Of a DNA stretch of 64,000 bases, positions 10,411 through 22,910 are shown piece after piece; position 1 is the first letter of the stretch; each line of letters starts with the position of its first letter. The DNA lies in assembly GCA_963753695.1 (NCBI GenBank), contig CAVWDG010000011.1:100324-164323 (forward strand), given 5' to 3'. Origin of the DNA: an uncultured Actinomycetes bacterium (GTDB lineage: Bacteria; Actinomycetota; Thermoleophilia; UBA2241). The position numbers and the translations under genes are program-made. Below the pieces are notes generated by a model. It was not told where the DNA came from, made no database searches, and saw nothing but the letters and a program-made list of their open reading frames with translations.

Positions 10411-11497
<1,087 letters not shown>

Positions 11498-11498
<1 letters not shown>

Positions 11499-12517
11499 CA
11501 GGCCACCTTCCAGCAGCGCGCGAAGTGCCCGGGGTCGAGCTCGACCATCTCCTGCTCGGTCTGCGTGCAGGCCGGCTCGCCCTCGGAGCAGCGCGGGTAG
11601 AAGCGGCAGCCCGGCGGCGGGTTCAACAGGTTGGGCGGGTCGCCGGCGATCGAGCTCACCATCTCGCGCGTCTCGTGGATGTTGGGGAACGCCTTGATGA
11701 GCTGCCTCGTGTAGGGGTGCTTGGCGTAGTTGAAGATCTGCGTGGTGGTGCCCGCCTCGACGACCTTGCCGGCGTACATGATGACGCCCTTGTCGCAGGT
11801 CTCGGCCATGACCGACAGGTCGTGGCTGATGAGGATGAACGACAGGTCGAGCTCGTGGCGCAGGCGCTCGATGAGCTCGAGGATCTGGGCCTGCACCATG
11901 ACGTCGAGCGCCGTGGTGGGCTCGTCGCCGATGATGAGCTTGGGGTTGCAGGCGAGGGCCATGGCGATCATGGCGCGCTGCCGCATGCCGCCCGACATCT
12001 CGTGGGGGTATTCGGTGACCCGCTTGGGGTTGATGCCCACCAGGTCGAAGAGCTCGCGAGCCCGCACCATGGCCTTGGCCTCGGAGATGCCTTCGTGGAG
12101 CACGATGGGCTCGGCGATCTGCTTGCCCACCTGCTGCACCGGGTTCAGGGCGTTCATGGCGCCCTGGAAGATGATCGAGATGTCCTTCCAGCGCACCTTG
12201 CTCATACCGTACTCGGTGCGCTTGGCCAGGTTCTTGCCGTCGAAGAGGATCTCGCCGCTGACGATGCGGCCGTTCTCGGGCAACAGCTTGAGGATGGCGA
12301 GGGCCGCCGTGGTCTTGCCGCAGCCCGACTCACCGGCCAGGCCCAGACTCTTGCCGTGCTCGACCATGAAGCTCACGCCGTCGACCGCCTTGACGTCGCC
12401 GTCGCGCAGCTTGAAGTAGGCTTTGAGGTCGCGCACGTCGAGGATGCCGTCGTGCTCGATGGGCTGGCCTTTGGCGGCCGCCTCGGCGGCCGGGGCGGCC
12501 GACTGCACCTTGCTCAT
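11498..12517 (-). CDS. ABC transporter ATP-binding protein, OppD/DppD type
   Basis: MSKVQ... [25 protein letters not shown]; AAGGAGGG RBS; 4-nt ATGA overlap with downstream ATPase gene. Confidence 0.85.
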
Positions 12518-13960
12518 GGCCGCCCTCCTTCGTTGCCGTGCGGATCCCAGTCGTTCGCGGGACCCGGCCAGATACCGCCCCCGGCGGTCGTCGAGGCTGA
12601 TCTCGGTGCCGCCGGCGCCGCCGCCCAGGGTGAGGAGGCGGTCGGGACCTTCGTCGGGCCGCCCGCCGCTCTCTTCGCGCTTGCGCAGCTTGGGGTCGAG
12701 GACTTCGTCGAAGGCCGTGCCCATGAAGGTGAAGGCCAGCACCACGAGCACGATGGCGATGCCCGGCGGCAGCAGGTACCACCAGGCCGGCAGGTCCGGC
12801 GGCGCCCGACTACCCAGGCGTAGTGGAGCATGGTGCCCCAGCTGAAGTTGAGCGGGTCGCCGAGGCCGAGGAACGACAGGGTGGTCTCGGAGAGGATGGC
12901 GATGGCCACCACCAGCACTAGGTTGGCGAAGACCAGGGGAAGACGTTGGGCAGGACGTGTTTCTGCATGATGTGCCAGTTGCCGAGCCGATGGCCCGGCC
13001 GCGCTCGATGAACGGCAGCTCGCGCACGCGCAGGGCGTCGGCGCGCACGACGCGAGCGGTGCCGGGCCAGCTCGTGATGCCGATGATGAGCACGATGATG
13101 CCAGTAGTGCTGCGCCCCAGGCGGCGGCCAGCACCATGGCCAGGGGCAGCCAGGGGATGACCAGAAAGACGTCGGTGAGGCGCATGCAGATCTCGCCGCG
13201 CCAGCCGCCGTAGTAGCCGGCGGAGATGCCGATGCCCGCGCCCAGGACCGTCGAGATGACGGCGGCCGAAAGGCCGACGGTGAGCGAGATGCGGGCGCTC
13301 CAGATGAACTTCGGCGAGCACCGACATGCCCTGTTCGGTCCATGCCGAACCACGGTAGTAGTGGATGGGTGGGCGGAGGGGCCGAAGGTGGCCCGCCCGA
13401 CCTGGGCGTCGGGTCGAGCAGCGCGTGGTCGGCGAGGAACGGCGCGAGCAGCGCCATGGCCACGAAGACGGCCATGATGACGAGACCCGCCATGCCCTGC
13501 CAGTTCGACCGGTACAGCCGCCAGATCTGGCGGGTGTTCCAACCGTGAGCTCGGCGCGCTCGGGGTTGCCGGGGCCCACGCCCAGACGCGGGCCGCCAGG
13601 GCCACGATGAGCAGCGTCTGCAGCAGCCAGGCGATGGTCGTGTCGCGGCCGGGGAGAGAGAAGTGGCCGGTCGCCAGGCCGCTGGCCGCGAAGAACCCAC
13701 GCCGCGCAGACCAGCGCGGCGCCGAGCAGCACCCGGGGAAGGCCGAACGCGTCGTCTGGCGCGCCAGCTTGACGACGCCGTAGGCTCCGAGAGCGAGCCC
13801 CGGAATGAGCGGTATGTAGGCCGGATAGTTCGCCACGTGGCCGAGAAGAAGCCGCGAGGACGTGGGCGACACCCGTGCGCAGCGGGCGGTCCTTGGGGTA
13901 GGTGATGAGCTCGAGCATGAGCCAGACGACCGGCGTCCAGACGAGGACCCAGTGCGCACC
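12514..13960 (-). pseudogene. OppC/DppC-type ABC permease, disrupted by multiple frameshifts (5' boundary uncertain)
   Basis: Permease motifs are split across all three minus frames. WRLYRSNWQGMAGLVIMAVFV (13493..13430) and GNWHIMQKHVLPNV are in one frame. ARISLTVGLSAAVIS...AGYYGGW and LSETTLSFLGLG are in a second. WPGTARVVRADALRVRELPFIERGRAIGS and WWYLLPPGIAIVLVVLAFTFMGTAFDEVLDPK are in a third. Confidence 0.6.
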
Positions 13961-13977
13961 GCCGGGGGATCATGCCT

Positions 13978-14943
13978 TCACCCGCGGGTCGAGGTAGTAG
14001 TACATGATGTCGGCGATGAGGTTGGCGAGGATCACGGCGACGGAGGCGAGCAGGAACACCGCCTGCATGACCGGGTAGTCACGCTGCACCATCGAGTCGT
14101 AGGAGAGCAGGCCCAGCCCCGGCCAGTTGAAGACCGCTCTCGGTGAGGATGGCGCCCGAGAGCACGAAGCCGATGTTCATCATGATGAGCGTGACGGTGG
14201 GCAGCATGGCGTTGGGCACCACGTGACGCCAGAGCACGTTGCTTTCTCGACAGGCCCTTGGCGCGCGCCGTGAGCGCGAAGTCCTCTTTCATCACGCCGG
14301 TGATGCGAGCTGCGCATGATCAGGTGGTACTCGCCCACGTAGGTGATGGCGAAGGTGAAGGCCGGCAGGAAGAGGTGGTGCATGAGGGCCCCCAGCTGCG
14401 AGTACCAGCCGGTGTAGACCACGCCCGGGTCGGTACATGCGCCCCGCAGGGAACCAGCGTAACTACGTGGAGAAGAGCATGATGAAGAGAGGCCGACCCA
14501 GAAGGTGGGCATGGAGTACATGATCATGCCGGTGTTGGTGGTGGCCACGTCGAAGCGTGCTGTTACGCCGCCAGCCGGCGAACACACCCATGACGAGCCG
14601 ATGATCGTGGCGAACAACGTGCCCGTGCCGACCAGCAGCAGCGTCGGCCAGATGCGCTCGCCCACCACCTGGGCAACGGGCCGCTTCTGGGCGAAGGAAT
14701 CGCCGAACTTCCGGCGGACGGTGTCGTTCCAGTAGTAGACGAACTGCTCGTAGAGCGGCTTGTCGAGGTGAAAGAGGGCGCTTCTTTGGCCAGGGCGTCC
14801 ATGGAGAAGCGGCCCTTGGGGGTGAGCAGCCGGGCGGGGTCACCGGGCAGGATGCGAAAGAGCACGAAGTTGAACGACGCGATGAGGACGATCGTGAGCA
14901 GCGCGTTCAGGATCTTGCGAACGAAGTAGCGCCGTTTATCCAC
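13978..14943 (-). pseudogene. OppB/DppB-type ABC permease, disrupted by multiple frameshifts
   Basis: MDKRRYFVRKILNALLTIVLIASFNFVLFRILPGDPARL, VGERIWPTLLLVGTGTLFATIIG, TARAKGLS and C-terminal NWPGLGLL...IADIMYYYLDPRVKA all lie in different minus frames. Confidence 0.6.
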
Positions 14944-15210
14944 GGCGCGAGCGCGTGCGAAGAAGCGATGCGGTGGCCATCGCGCCCATTCCCCCTCCTC
15001 TCATGGCATCCCGGCGCCGACCGCGGCCAAGCCCGCGGCGCGCCGTCACTCAGTGTGCAAGAGAGACGGCCCCAAGGCAAGGGGTCTGTCGGGGCCGTCC
15101 CGAGTGGGCCGGCGACCGGCAGCGCCACCACGGCCTCGCGCTCAGTCTGAGGTGCAGTCTAGCGCAACTCGCGCGGTGAAAGGGGGCCCAAAAGTCGCAA
15201 GGCACGTGGC

Positions 15211-15263
15211 CAAAACGGCGCTGGGGCGGGCCGTCGCCGGCAGGCGACGGCCCGCCCCCAGCG
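15211..15263 (-). terminator. rho-independent terminator after the MtgA-like gene
   Basis: Perfect ~20-bp inverted repeat GCGCTGGGGCGGGCCGTCGCC-ggcag-GGCGACGGCCCGCCCCAGCGC followed by GTTTTGG on the minus strand. Confidence 0.5.
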
Positions 15264-15320
15264 CACCGGAGACGTACCGGACAGCGCGACCCCGGAGGGC
15301 CGGCTACCGGAAGAGATCTG

Positions 15321-16127
15321 CTATTCGAGCAGCCCCGCGCGGTGGGCCTTGAGGTAGTTGCCGCAGAAGCTGTCTTCGTTGCGCAGCGCTTCGACGGCCT
15401 TGATGGTGGCCATCATCTGCTTGTTGCGCACGTCGAGCACGGCGCCGTCGATGCCGATGCCGGCGCACATGGAGACGAAGGTGCGGTTGAGCAGCGGGCG
15501 GTTGGGCAACCCGAAGCTGACGTTGCTGAGGCCGCCCGTCGAGCGCACGCCCGGCAGGTTGGCCTTGATGAGCGCCAGGGTGCCCATGGTCACGAGGGCC
15601 GCCGTGGAATCGGCGGAGACGGTCATGACCAGCGGGTCGAACCACATGTCCTCGGCGGGCAGGCCGGCCGCGGAGAGCTTGTCGTGAAGCATCTTGGCGA
15701 CGGCGAAACGGTCTTCGGCCGTGCAGGGGATGCCTTCGTCGTTCAGGCAGAGGGCGACGACCGGGCACTTGTACTTCTCGACCAGCGGCAGCACCGTGTC
15801 GATGCGGCTCTGCTCGCCGCTGATGGAGTTGATGTGGGGGATCTTGCCGCCGTCTTTGATGGCCGCTTCGACGCCGGCCTGCAGGGCGGCGGGGCTGGCG
15901 GAGTCGATCATGAGCTGATTGTCGGTGACACTGCGCACCGTGGCGATGAGCCAGAGAAGGTCTTCGACCTCGTTGCCGCCGGCCACGCCGCCGTTGACGT
16001 CGAGGATGTTCGCGCCGGCCGTGACCTGATCGGTCGCGAGCGTCTTGATGAACTCGGCGTCACGCGCCCCAATGGCTTCGCCGACCTGCTTGCGAGTCCC
16101 GTTGATCGATTCGCCTACCAACAGCAT
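15321..16127 (-). CDS. methyltetrahydrofolate:corrinoid methyltransferase, pterin-binding domain (MtgA/MtrH/AcsE-like)
   Basis: MLLVGESINGTRK... DHPS-like pterin-binding barrel; ATG at 16127 preceded by GGAGGT. Confidence 0.75.
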   Translation of the reverse strand: MLLVGESINGTRKQVGEAIGARDAEFIKTLATDQVTAGANILDVNGGVAGGNEVEDLLWLIATVRSVTDNQLMIDSASPAALQAGVEAAIKDGGKIPHINSISGEQSRIDTVLPLVEKYKCPVVALCLNDEGIPCTAEDRFAVAKMLHDKLSAAGLPAEDMWFDPLVMTVSADSTAALVTMGTLALIKANLPGVRSTGGLSNVSFGLPNRPLLNRTFVSMCAGIGIDGAVLDVRNKQMMATIKAVEALRNEDSFCGNYLKAHRAGLLE

Positions 16128-16280
16128 GACCACTACCTCCACGACTTTTGTGATGCGAGATCGGCCCCGACGGCCGGCGTCGAGCCGCAGCGTCGGACTA
16201 TCGTTGGCCGGGGTCCGTATCTTACAGAGCGCGCGGAGGGGTTGCCAACCGTAGCCCTGTCGGAGCGCCCGGGAGGACCG

Positions 16281-19200
16281 TCAGTCGCCGACCGCCGCCG
16301 GCGGCGGAGCGGGCGCGCCCGAGGCGCGGCACTGGTCGAGAAAGAGGCGCGCCAGCACCGGGTCGAACTGCACGCCGGCGCCGGCGCGGATCTCGGCGCG
16401 GGCCTCGTCTAAGCTGAGGGCCGCGCGGTAGGGCCGGTCGGACAGCATCGCCTGAAACGAGTCGCCGATGGCGATCAGCCGCGCACCCATGGGGATCTCG
16501 TCGCCGCGCAGCCCGTCGGGGTAGCCGCGGCCGTCCCAGCGCTCGTGGTGGTGGCGCACGATCTCGACGAACTCGGTGGGCGCCTCGGCGTTGGTGAAGA
16601 TGTCGACGCCGAGCTCGACGTGGCGGCGCAGCTCGTCGCGGTCGGCGTCGGTCAGGCGGTCGCCCTTCTCGAGGAGTTCGGCGCGTATGCCGACCTTGCC
16701 GACGTCGTGCAGGCGCGCCGCCACCTCGTAGATGGCGCGGTCGGCGTCGGCCAGGCCGGCGCGCTCGCCGAGCTCGCGCACCATCTCGGCCACGGCGTCG
16801 CCGTGGTGTTCGCGGTAGCTCGCCTTGGCGTCGACCGCGGCGGCCAGCACCTCGATGCCGTTGCGCCAGGAGCGTTCGCCCGAGTCGTCGCTGGGGCGCG
16901 CCTCCATCATCTCGCGCACGTCGCGGTAGTAGAGCACGCAGTTGCGCCCGCGCCGCTTGGCCCAGAGCAGCGCCGTGTCGGCCGCCCCCAGAACGGTCTT
17001 GGCATCGAGGCCGCAGGCGGGAAAGTCGGCGACGCCGATCGAGGCCGATACGCGAAACGCGTCGCCCTCCTCGACTTCGATCTCGCGCACGCGCGTGCGG
17101 ATGCGGTCGGCGAGCTGGCAGGCGTCTTCGGGCGAGGTCTTGGGCAGCAGGGCGGCGAACTCCTCGCCGCCGTAGCGGGCCGCGTAGTCGGCCTCGCGCG
17201 TGGTGTTGGAAAGGACCTGGGCGACCTCGCGCAGCACCGCGTCGCCGCGGGGGTGGCCGAAGTGGTCGTTGACCCTCTTGAAGTGATCGAGGTCGAGCAT
17301 GAGCAGCGAGAAGCCGTCGCCGTAGCGCTCGCAGCGGCGCACCTCGTGCTCGAGGGTCTCCTGGAAGTGGCCGTGATTGTAGAGGCCGGTCAGCGGGTCG
17401 GTGACGGCGCGCAGCTGGCTGCGCTCGTAGAGCGAAGCGTTCTCGATGGCGATGGCCGCGAGGTTGGCGAACGGCTTGACGAGCTCGAACTCCTCTTCGG
17501 AGAAGGTCTTGCCGCCGAGGCGGTCGAGGTTGAGCACGCCGATCACCTTGTTCATGACGTGGAGCGGCAGCACGATCGAGGCCTGCGGTTCGACCGGCGT
17601 ATCGGGCACTTGGTTGGCGCGGGGGTCGTCGTGCGCCGCGTTGCACAGCAGGGCCTCGTCGTGGGTGACGGCCCAGCCCCAGAGCCCCTGCTCTACGCTG
17701 ATCGGGTTGTCGATCAGCTCCTGGGCGTATTCGTCGCGCGCCCACGCGGTGACGATGCGGCGCGTGTCCCACTCGACCTTGCTGATCGCCAGCGTGTCGT
17801 ACTCGACGAGCAGGCGGAGCTTCTCTGTGATCGCCTCGAACACGACCTGCTCGTCCAAGGTTGAGAGGATCGACTCGCTCACGCGCACGAGGTCCTGCTG
17901 CGACTGGAGCTGTCGCTCGAGGCGCAGCTCCTGCACCTCGAGCGCGGCGTACTGCTGGGCATTCTCGATGGCGATCGCGGCCTGGTTGGCGAAGATCTCG
18001 ACGCCGCGGATGGACTCCATGGTGGGCAGCAGACGGTCGAGGGGGTCGTTGACGGAGAGAGCTCCCAGGCAGCGGCCGGCGCGCGACTGCAGGGGCACGA
18101 CCAGGCAGTCGCCGGTCTGCCACTCGTCATCGCGACGCGCGCCCAGGTCGGTGACGGGCAGCAGCCGGCGTTCGTCAGGGCTCGGCGGCACGCGCCGGCG
18201 CTGGCGGAAGAACGAGTTGCCCATGCGGAACTCGGGGCGCATCGTCTGCTCGAAGACCTTCATGGGGATGGGCGTCGTCAGGTAATGACTGCTGAGCTCG
18301 GGCGAGCCGCCCAGCGACACGCGGGCCTGCAGGGTCTCGGCCGTCTCGTCGTAGAGGAACAGATCGACCTGCCGGTAGCTGAGCGACTCGAGCACGGTCG
18401 CCGCGACGCGCTGCAGCACCTGGTCCAAGTCGAGTGTGGCGCGCAGCTCGTAGCCCAGGCGCAGCAACGCTTCGAGGGTGGATGAGCGTTCGGCGAGCTC
18501 GGCGGCGAGCTGCGAACGGCGCTCGTAGAGGCTCGCGTTGTTGATCATGAGAGCAGCGAAGCCGGCCACCGCCTGCCCCACGCCGATGCGCTCGTCGTCG
18601 AAGTCGGCCTCGCGGCCCGGTTCGTCGAGCACGGCGACGCCGAACAGCTCGCCCTGGGCGACGAACGGCAGGGCGAGGACCTTACGGGCATCGAGCGTCG
18701 CGAACTCGGCTTTGCCGACCCCCGGGCTTTCCGGCGTCATGACCAGCGGCTCGCGCAGGTCGCGCAGCCAGTCGCTCACGTGCCCCTTGCCGTCGCCGAA
18801 CGGAGCCACGAGGGCGGCTCCGGTGGAGGCGGCGAGGCGCAGGTGATCGCCTTCGACCAGCAGGATGGCGCAACGCGACACGCCCACCGCGGCGGTGAGC
18901 TGCTGCGCCATCGAACCGAGCAGGTGGTGCAGGTCGAGCGAGGCCGCGAGGTCGGTGGCGACACGGCCGAGCATGCCGGCGGCCGGCGTGAAGTGCGGCA
19001 GGGCGTGCTGCACGCCGGGTGCCGGACGGTGGCGCAGGGCGAGCACGACGGCGAGGGCACAGACGGCGGCGAGGGCGAGGACCGTCGCATAGACGTGGGT
19101 GCCGCCCTCGACGGCCAGGAGGCCGAGGAAGGCGAGAAACCCGGCGAGCGACGTGAAGACCGCCTCGCGCCACGAGAGCACCAGGGCAGCGGCGAGCGCG

Positions 19201-19319
19201 GGCACTGCGTAGAGCAGCACCGCCACCGAGTCGTTGTCGACGCGCCAGCTCACGAGGGCGGCCAGCGCCAGAGCGCAGACGACGAGGATCGCCTGCCGGC
19301 TGCGGATACGCTTGCGCAA
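16281..19319 (-). CDS. membrane-anchored multi-GAF GGDEF (diguanylate cyclase) / HD-GYP (phosphodiesterase) signalling protein
   Basis: N-terminal TM helices, GAF regions, GGDEF domain with RYGGEEF motif, and C-terminal HD-GYP (HDVGK...HHERWDGRGYP). Confidence 0.8.
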   Translation of the reverse strand: MRKRIRSRQAILVVCALALAALVSWRVDNDSVAVLLYAVPALAAALVLSWREAVFTSLAGFLAFLGLLAVEGGTHVYATVLALAAVCALAVVLALRHRPAPGVQHALPHFTPAAGMLGRVATDLAASLDLHHLLGSMAQQLTAAVGVSRCAILLVEGDHLRLAASTGAALVAPFGDGKGHVSDWLRDLREPLVMTPESPGVGKAEFATLDARKVLALPFVAQGELFGVAVLDEPGREADFDDERIGVGQAVAGFAALMINNASLYERRSQLAAELAERSSTLEALLRLGYELRATLDLDQVLQRVAATVLESLSYRQVDLFLYDETAETLQARVSLGGSPELSSHYLTTPIPMKVFEQTMRPEFRMGNSFFRQRRRVPPSPDERRLLPVTDLGARRDDEWQTGDCLVVPLQSRAGRCLGALSVNDPLDRLLPTMESIRGVEIFANQAAIAIENAQQYAALEVQELRLERQLQSQQDLVRVSESILSTLDEQVVFEAITEKLRLLVEYDTLAISKVEWDTRRIVTAWARDEYAQELIDNPISVEQGLWGWAVTHDEALLCNAAHDDPRANQVPDTPVEPQASIVLPLHVMNKVIGVLNLDRLGGKTFSEEEFELVKPFANLAAIAIENASLYERSQLRAVTDPLTGLYNHGHFQETLEHEVRRCERYGDGFSLLMLDLDHFKRVNDHFGHPRGDAVLREVAQVLSNTTREADYAARYGGEEFAALLPKTSPEDACQLADRIRTRVREIEVEEGDAFRVSASIGVADFPACGLDAKTVLGAADTALLWAKRRGRNCVLYYRDVREMMEARPSDDSGERSWRNGIEVLAAAVDAKASYREHHGDAVAEMVRELGERAGLADADRAIYEVAARLHDVGKVGIRAELLEKGDRLTDADRDELRRHVELGVDIFTNAEAPTEFVEIVRHHHERWDGRGYPDGLRGDEIPMGARLIAIGDSFQAMLSDRPYRAALSLDEARAEIRAGAGVQFDPVLARLFLDQCRASGAPAPPPAAVGD

Positions 19320-20042
19320 ACGAAATTCCCCTTCCGACGCCGCTTGCCAGTCTCGGCGTCACCCCCATTGTCGAGCGCTTTGACCGATACCTTGAGCCGT
19401 TTGTCGCCTCTTTTGACAACAGTGGCCCGCGTTCCTTTGTCCCGGGCCGTCAGAGAGGTCCCTGCAGGCTCGTTGACCGGGCCGGGACGGTCGGTGCGAC
19501 GCGCGCGCGGGGCGGTCGGCGCGGCGCTCGCCCGGGTGGTCGACACGGCGCCTGCACGAGGCGGCCGCCAGGCGGAGTCGGCTAAGTCAGTCGGGCGGCG
19601 GGAAGATCCAGTCGGGCGGCTCGTGGCGGCGCTCGGCGCGTCGGCGCTCGGCGTCGGCCTGGGCGACCCAGCGGCGGCGCGGCCCGGAGCGGCGATCCAT
19701 GACGACGCGCACGTCGTGGCGCCCCGCATAGACCCGGCTGAACAACGCGAACAGCCGCTCCTTCGCCGGACCCGTGACGATCAGCTCTCTGACGACGGGC
19801 TCTTGCGTGGCGCCTCACCCCCCTCGGGTGCGCTCGTGCAGCCTGCTGCCCCACCGTGACCCGGGCGGGGCACCCGAGGCTATGCCCCTCGCCGCGCGCC
19901 GCGCAACGGGCGGCCCCGTTACGTCGTGCGTGGCCTAGACAGATGTACTAGAGGCGAGGCTGGGGCGAGGCGGGAGGCTTGAGCGCGGAAGCGGGGCGCG
20001 AGCGGGGAAGCCGCGCCCGGGCGGGCGGTCACGAGCCCCACG

Positions 20043-20081
20043 AAAAAGCGGCGGGCGGGCCCGCATGGGCCCGCCCGCCGC
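20043..20081 (-). terminator. rho-independent terminator of groESL
   Basis: GCGGCGGGCGGGCCC-gcat-GGGCCCGCCCGCCGC hairpin followed by TTTTTCG on the minus strand, 50 nt after the groEL stop. Confidence 0.55.
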
Positions 20082-20128
20082 GACGCGTGGTGCGATACGT
20101 GAAGGAAGCTTGCGCTAACCCTTCAGTC

Positions 20129-21767
<1,639 letters not shown>

Positions 21768-21779
21768 TCAGCCTCCCTT

Positions 21780-22073
21780 CTATTTGACTATGGCGAGGAT
21801 CTCGCTCACCCGGAGGATGAGGAGTTCTTCGCCGTCGCTCGTTTTGTACTCGGTGCCCGAGTACTTGCCGTAAATGACCTTCTCGCCGACCTTCACATCG
21901 ACAGGGATGCGCTTGGTGCCGGTCTCGTCCCACTTGCCCTCGCCGGCGGCTACGACTTCGCCGATCATCGGCTTTTCTTTGGCCGTGTCGGGAAGCACGA
22001 TGCCGCTGGGCGTCTTCTCTTCTTGCGTGACCGCCTTGATGATGACGCGGTCCTCGAGCGGCTTCAGCTTCAT
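21780..22073 (-). CDS. groES: co-chaperonin GroES
   Basis: MKLKPLEDRVIIKAVTQEEKTPSGIVLPDTAKEKP..., 97 aa, AAGGAGGG RBS. Confidence 0.9.
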   Translation of the reverse strand: MKLKPLEDRVIIKAVTQEEKTPSGIVLPDTAKEKPMIGEVVAAGEGKWDETGTKRIPVDVKVGEKVIYGKYSGTEYKTSDGEELLILRVSEILAIVK

Positions 22074-22098
22074 ACAGCCCTCCTTCTCTGTTGGAATC

Positions 22099-22124
22099 TG
22101 GCACTCACACCATGAGAGTGCTAA
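22099..22124 (-). promoter_or_regulatory. CIRCE element (HrcA operator) in groES 5' UTR
   Basis: Minus strand TTAGCACTC-tcatggtgt-GAGTGCCAA, 17/18 match to CIRCE consensus TTAGCACTC-N9-GAGTGCTAA. Confidence 0.75.
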
Positions 22125-22372
22125 CGCTTGGGAGACGTTATGGTATGGCCCGTACCGGGACTTGTCAAACGATGGCCATCGGCCGGCGGCACTGTGGCCG
22201 ACAGTGTCAGATTCCCCTTCTGAGCAGGTTTTTTCGCCCACAAGACAAGGAATCCGAGACGCCCGCCGGCGGGCGGCCGCGAGGCCGCGTCGGCGGCCGA
22301 CTCAGGGCGCCGGGCGAGCGGATGGCGCCCGACGCTGGCCACGCTCCCGTCGGCCGCCGTACAATCAGCGCC

Positions 22373-22810
22373 ATGCGCGTACTGCTGCAGCGGGTCGAGC
22401 GAGCCACGGTGACCGTCGAGGGTCGCGAGGTGGCGGCCGTCGGGCGCGGCTTCCTCGCCCTGGTCGGCGTGACCCATGCGGACACCCGCGAGAATGCCGC
22501 TCGACTGGCCGCCAAGACGGTCAAGCTGCGCGTCTTCGACGACGAGCGCGGACTCATGAACCGCGCCATCGGCGACAGCGGCGGCGCCCTGCTCGTCGTC
22601 TCGCAGTTCACGCTCTACGCCGACACGCGCCGCGGCAATCGCCCGAGCTTCACCGACGCCGCGCCGCCGGCCCAGGGCGAGGAGCTCTACGAGGCCCTCG
22701 TCGCGGCGCTGCGCGCCGCCGGTCTCGAGGTCGCGACCGGCGTGTTCGGCGCCCACATGCACGTCTCGCTGGTCAACGACGGCCCCGTGACGATCCTGCT
22801 CGAAGACTGA
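22373..22810 (+). CDS. dtd: D-aminoacyl-tRNA deacylase
   Basis: MRVLLQRVERATVTVEG...SQFTLYAD...GPVT, 145 aa; ATG is residue 95 of ORF 22091..22810. Confidence 0.85.
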   Translation: MRVLLQRVERATVTVEGREVAAVGRGFLALVGVTHADTRENAARLAAKTVKLRVFDDERGLMNRAIGDSGGALLVVSQFTLYADTRRGNRPSFTDAAPPAQGEELYEALVAALRAAGLEVATGVFGAHMHVSLVNDGPVTILLED

Positions 22811-22847
22811 GGCGCCGCCCGTCGGGGGCGCCGGCGAGTCCACAAAG

Positions 22848-22895
22848 ACGACGGCGGGGCGGGGGCCGCATGCGGCCCCCGCCCCGCCGTCGTCT
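22848..22895. terminator. bidirectional palindromic terminator between convergent dtd and permease genes
   Basis: Perfect palindrome GACGACGGCGGGGCGGGGGCCGCA|TGCGGCCCCCGCCCCGCCGTCGTC. Confidence 0.5.
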
Positions 22896-22910
22896 GCACC
22901 GCCCCCGGGA

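Noticed and set aside
12514-13973. Three overlapping 350-806-aa minus-strand ORFs taken as three separate genes
   Set aside because: They are the three frames of one frameshifted OppC-like permease (plus read-through into oppD), not independent proteins
14944-15210. Cobalamin riboswitch in the opp-mttB leader
   Set aside because: No B12-box (GCCACUG-like) or other conserved riboswitch core recognisable by eye; left as unannotated leader
16545-17864. Plus-strand ORFs (439 aa and others) opposite the GGDEF/HD-GYP gene
   Set aside because: Antisense, compositionally biased, no recognisable domains
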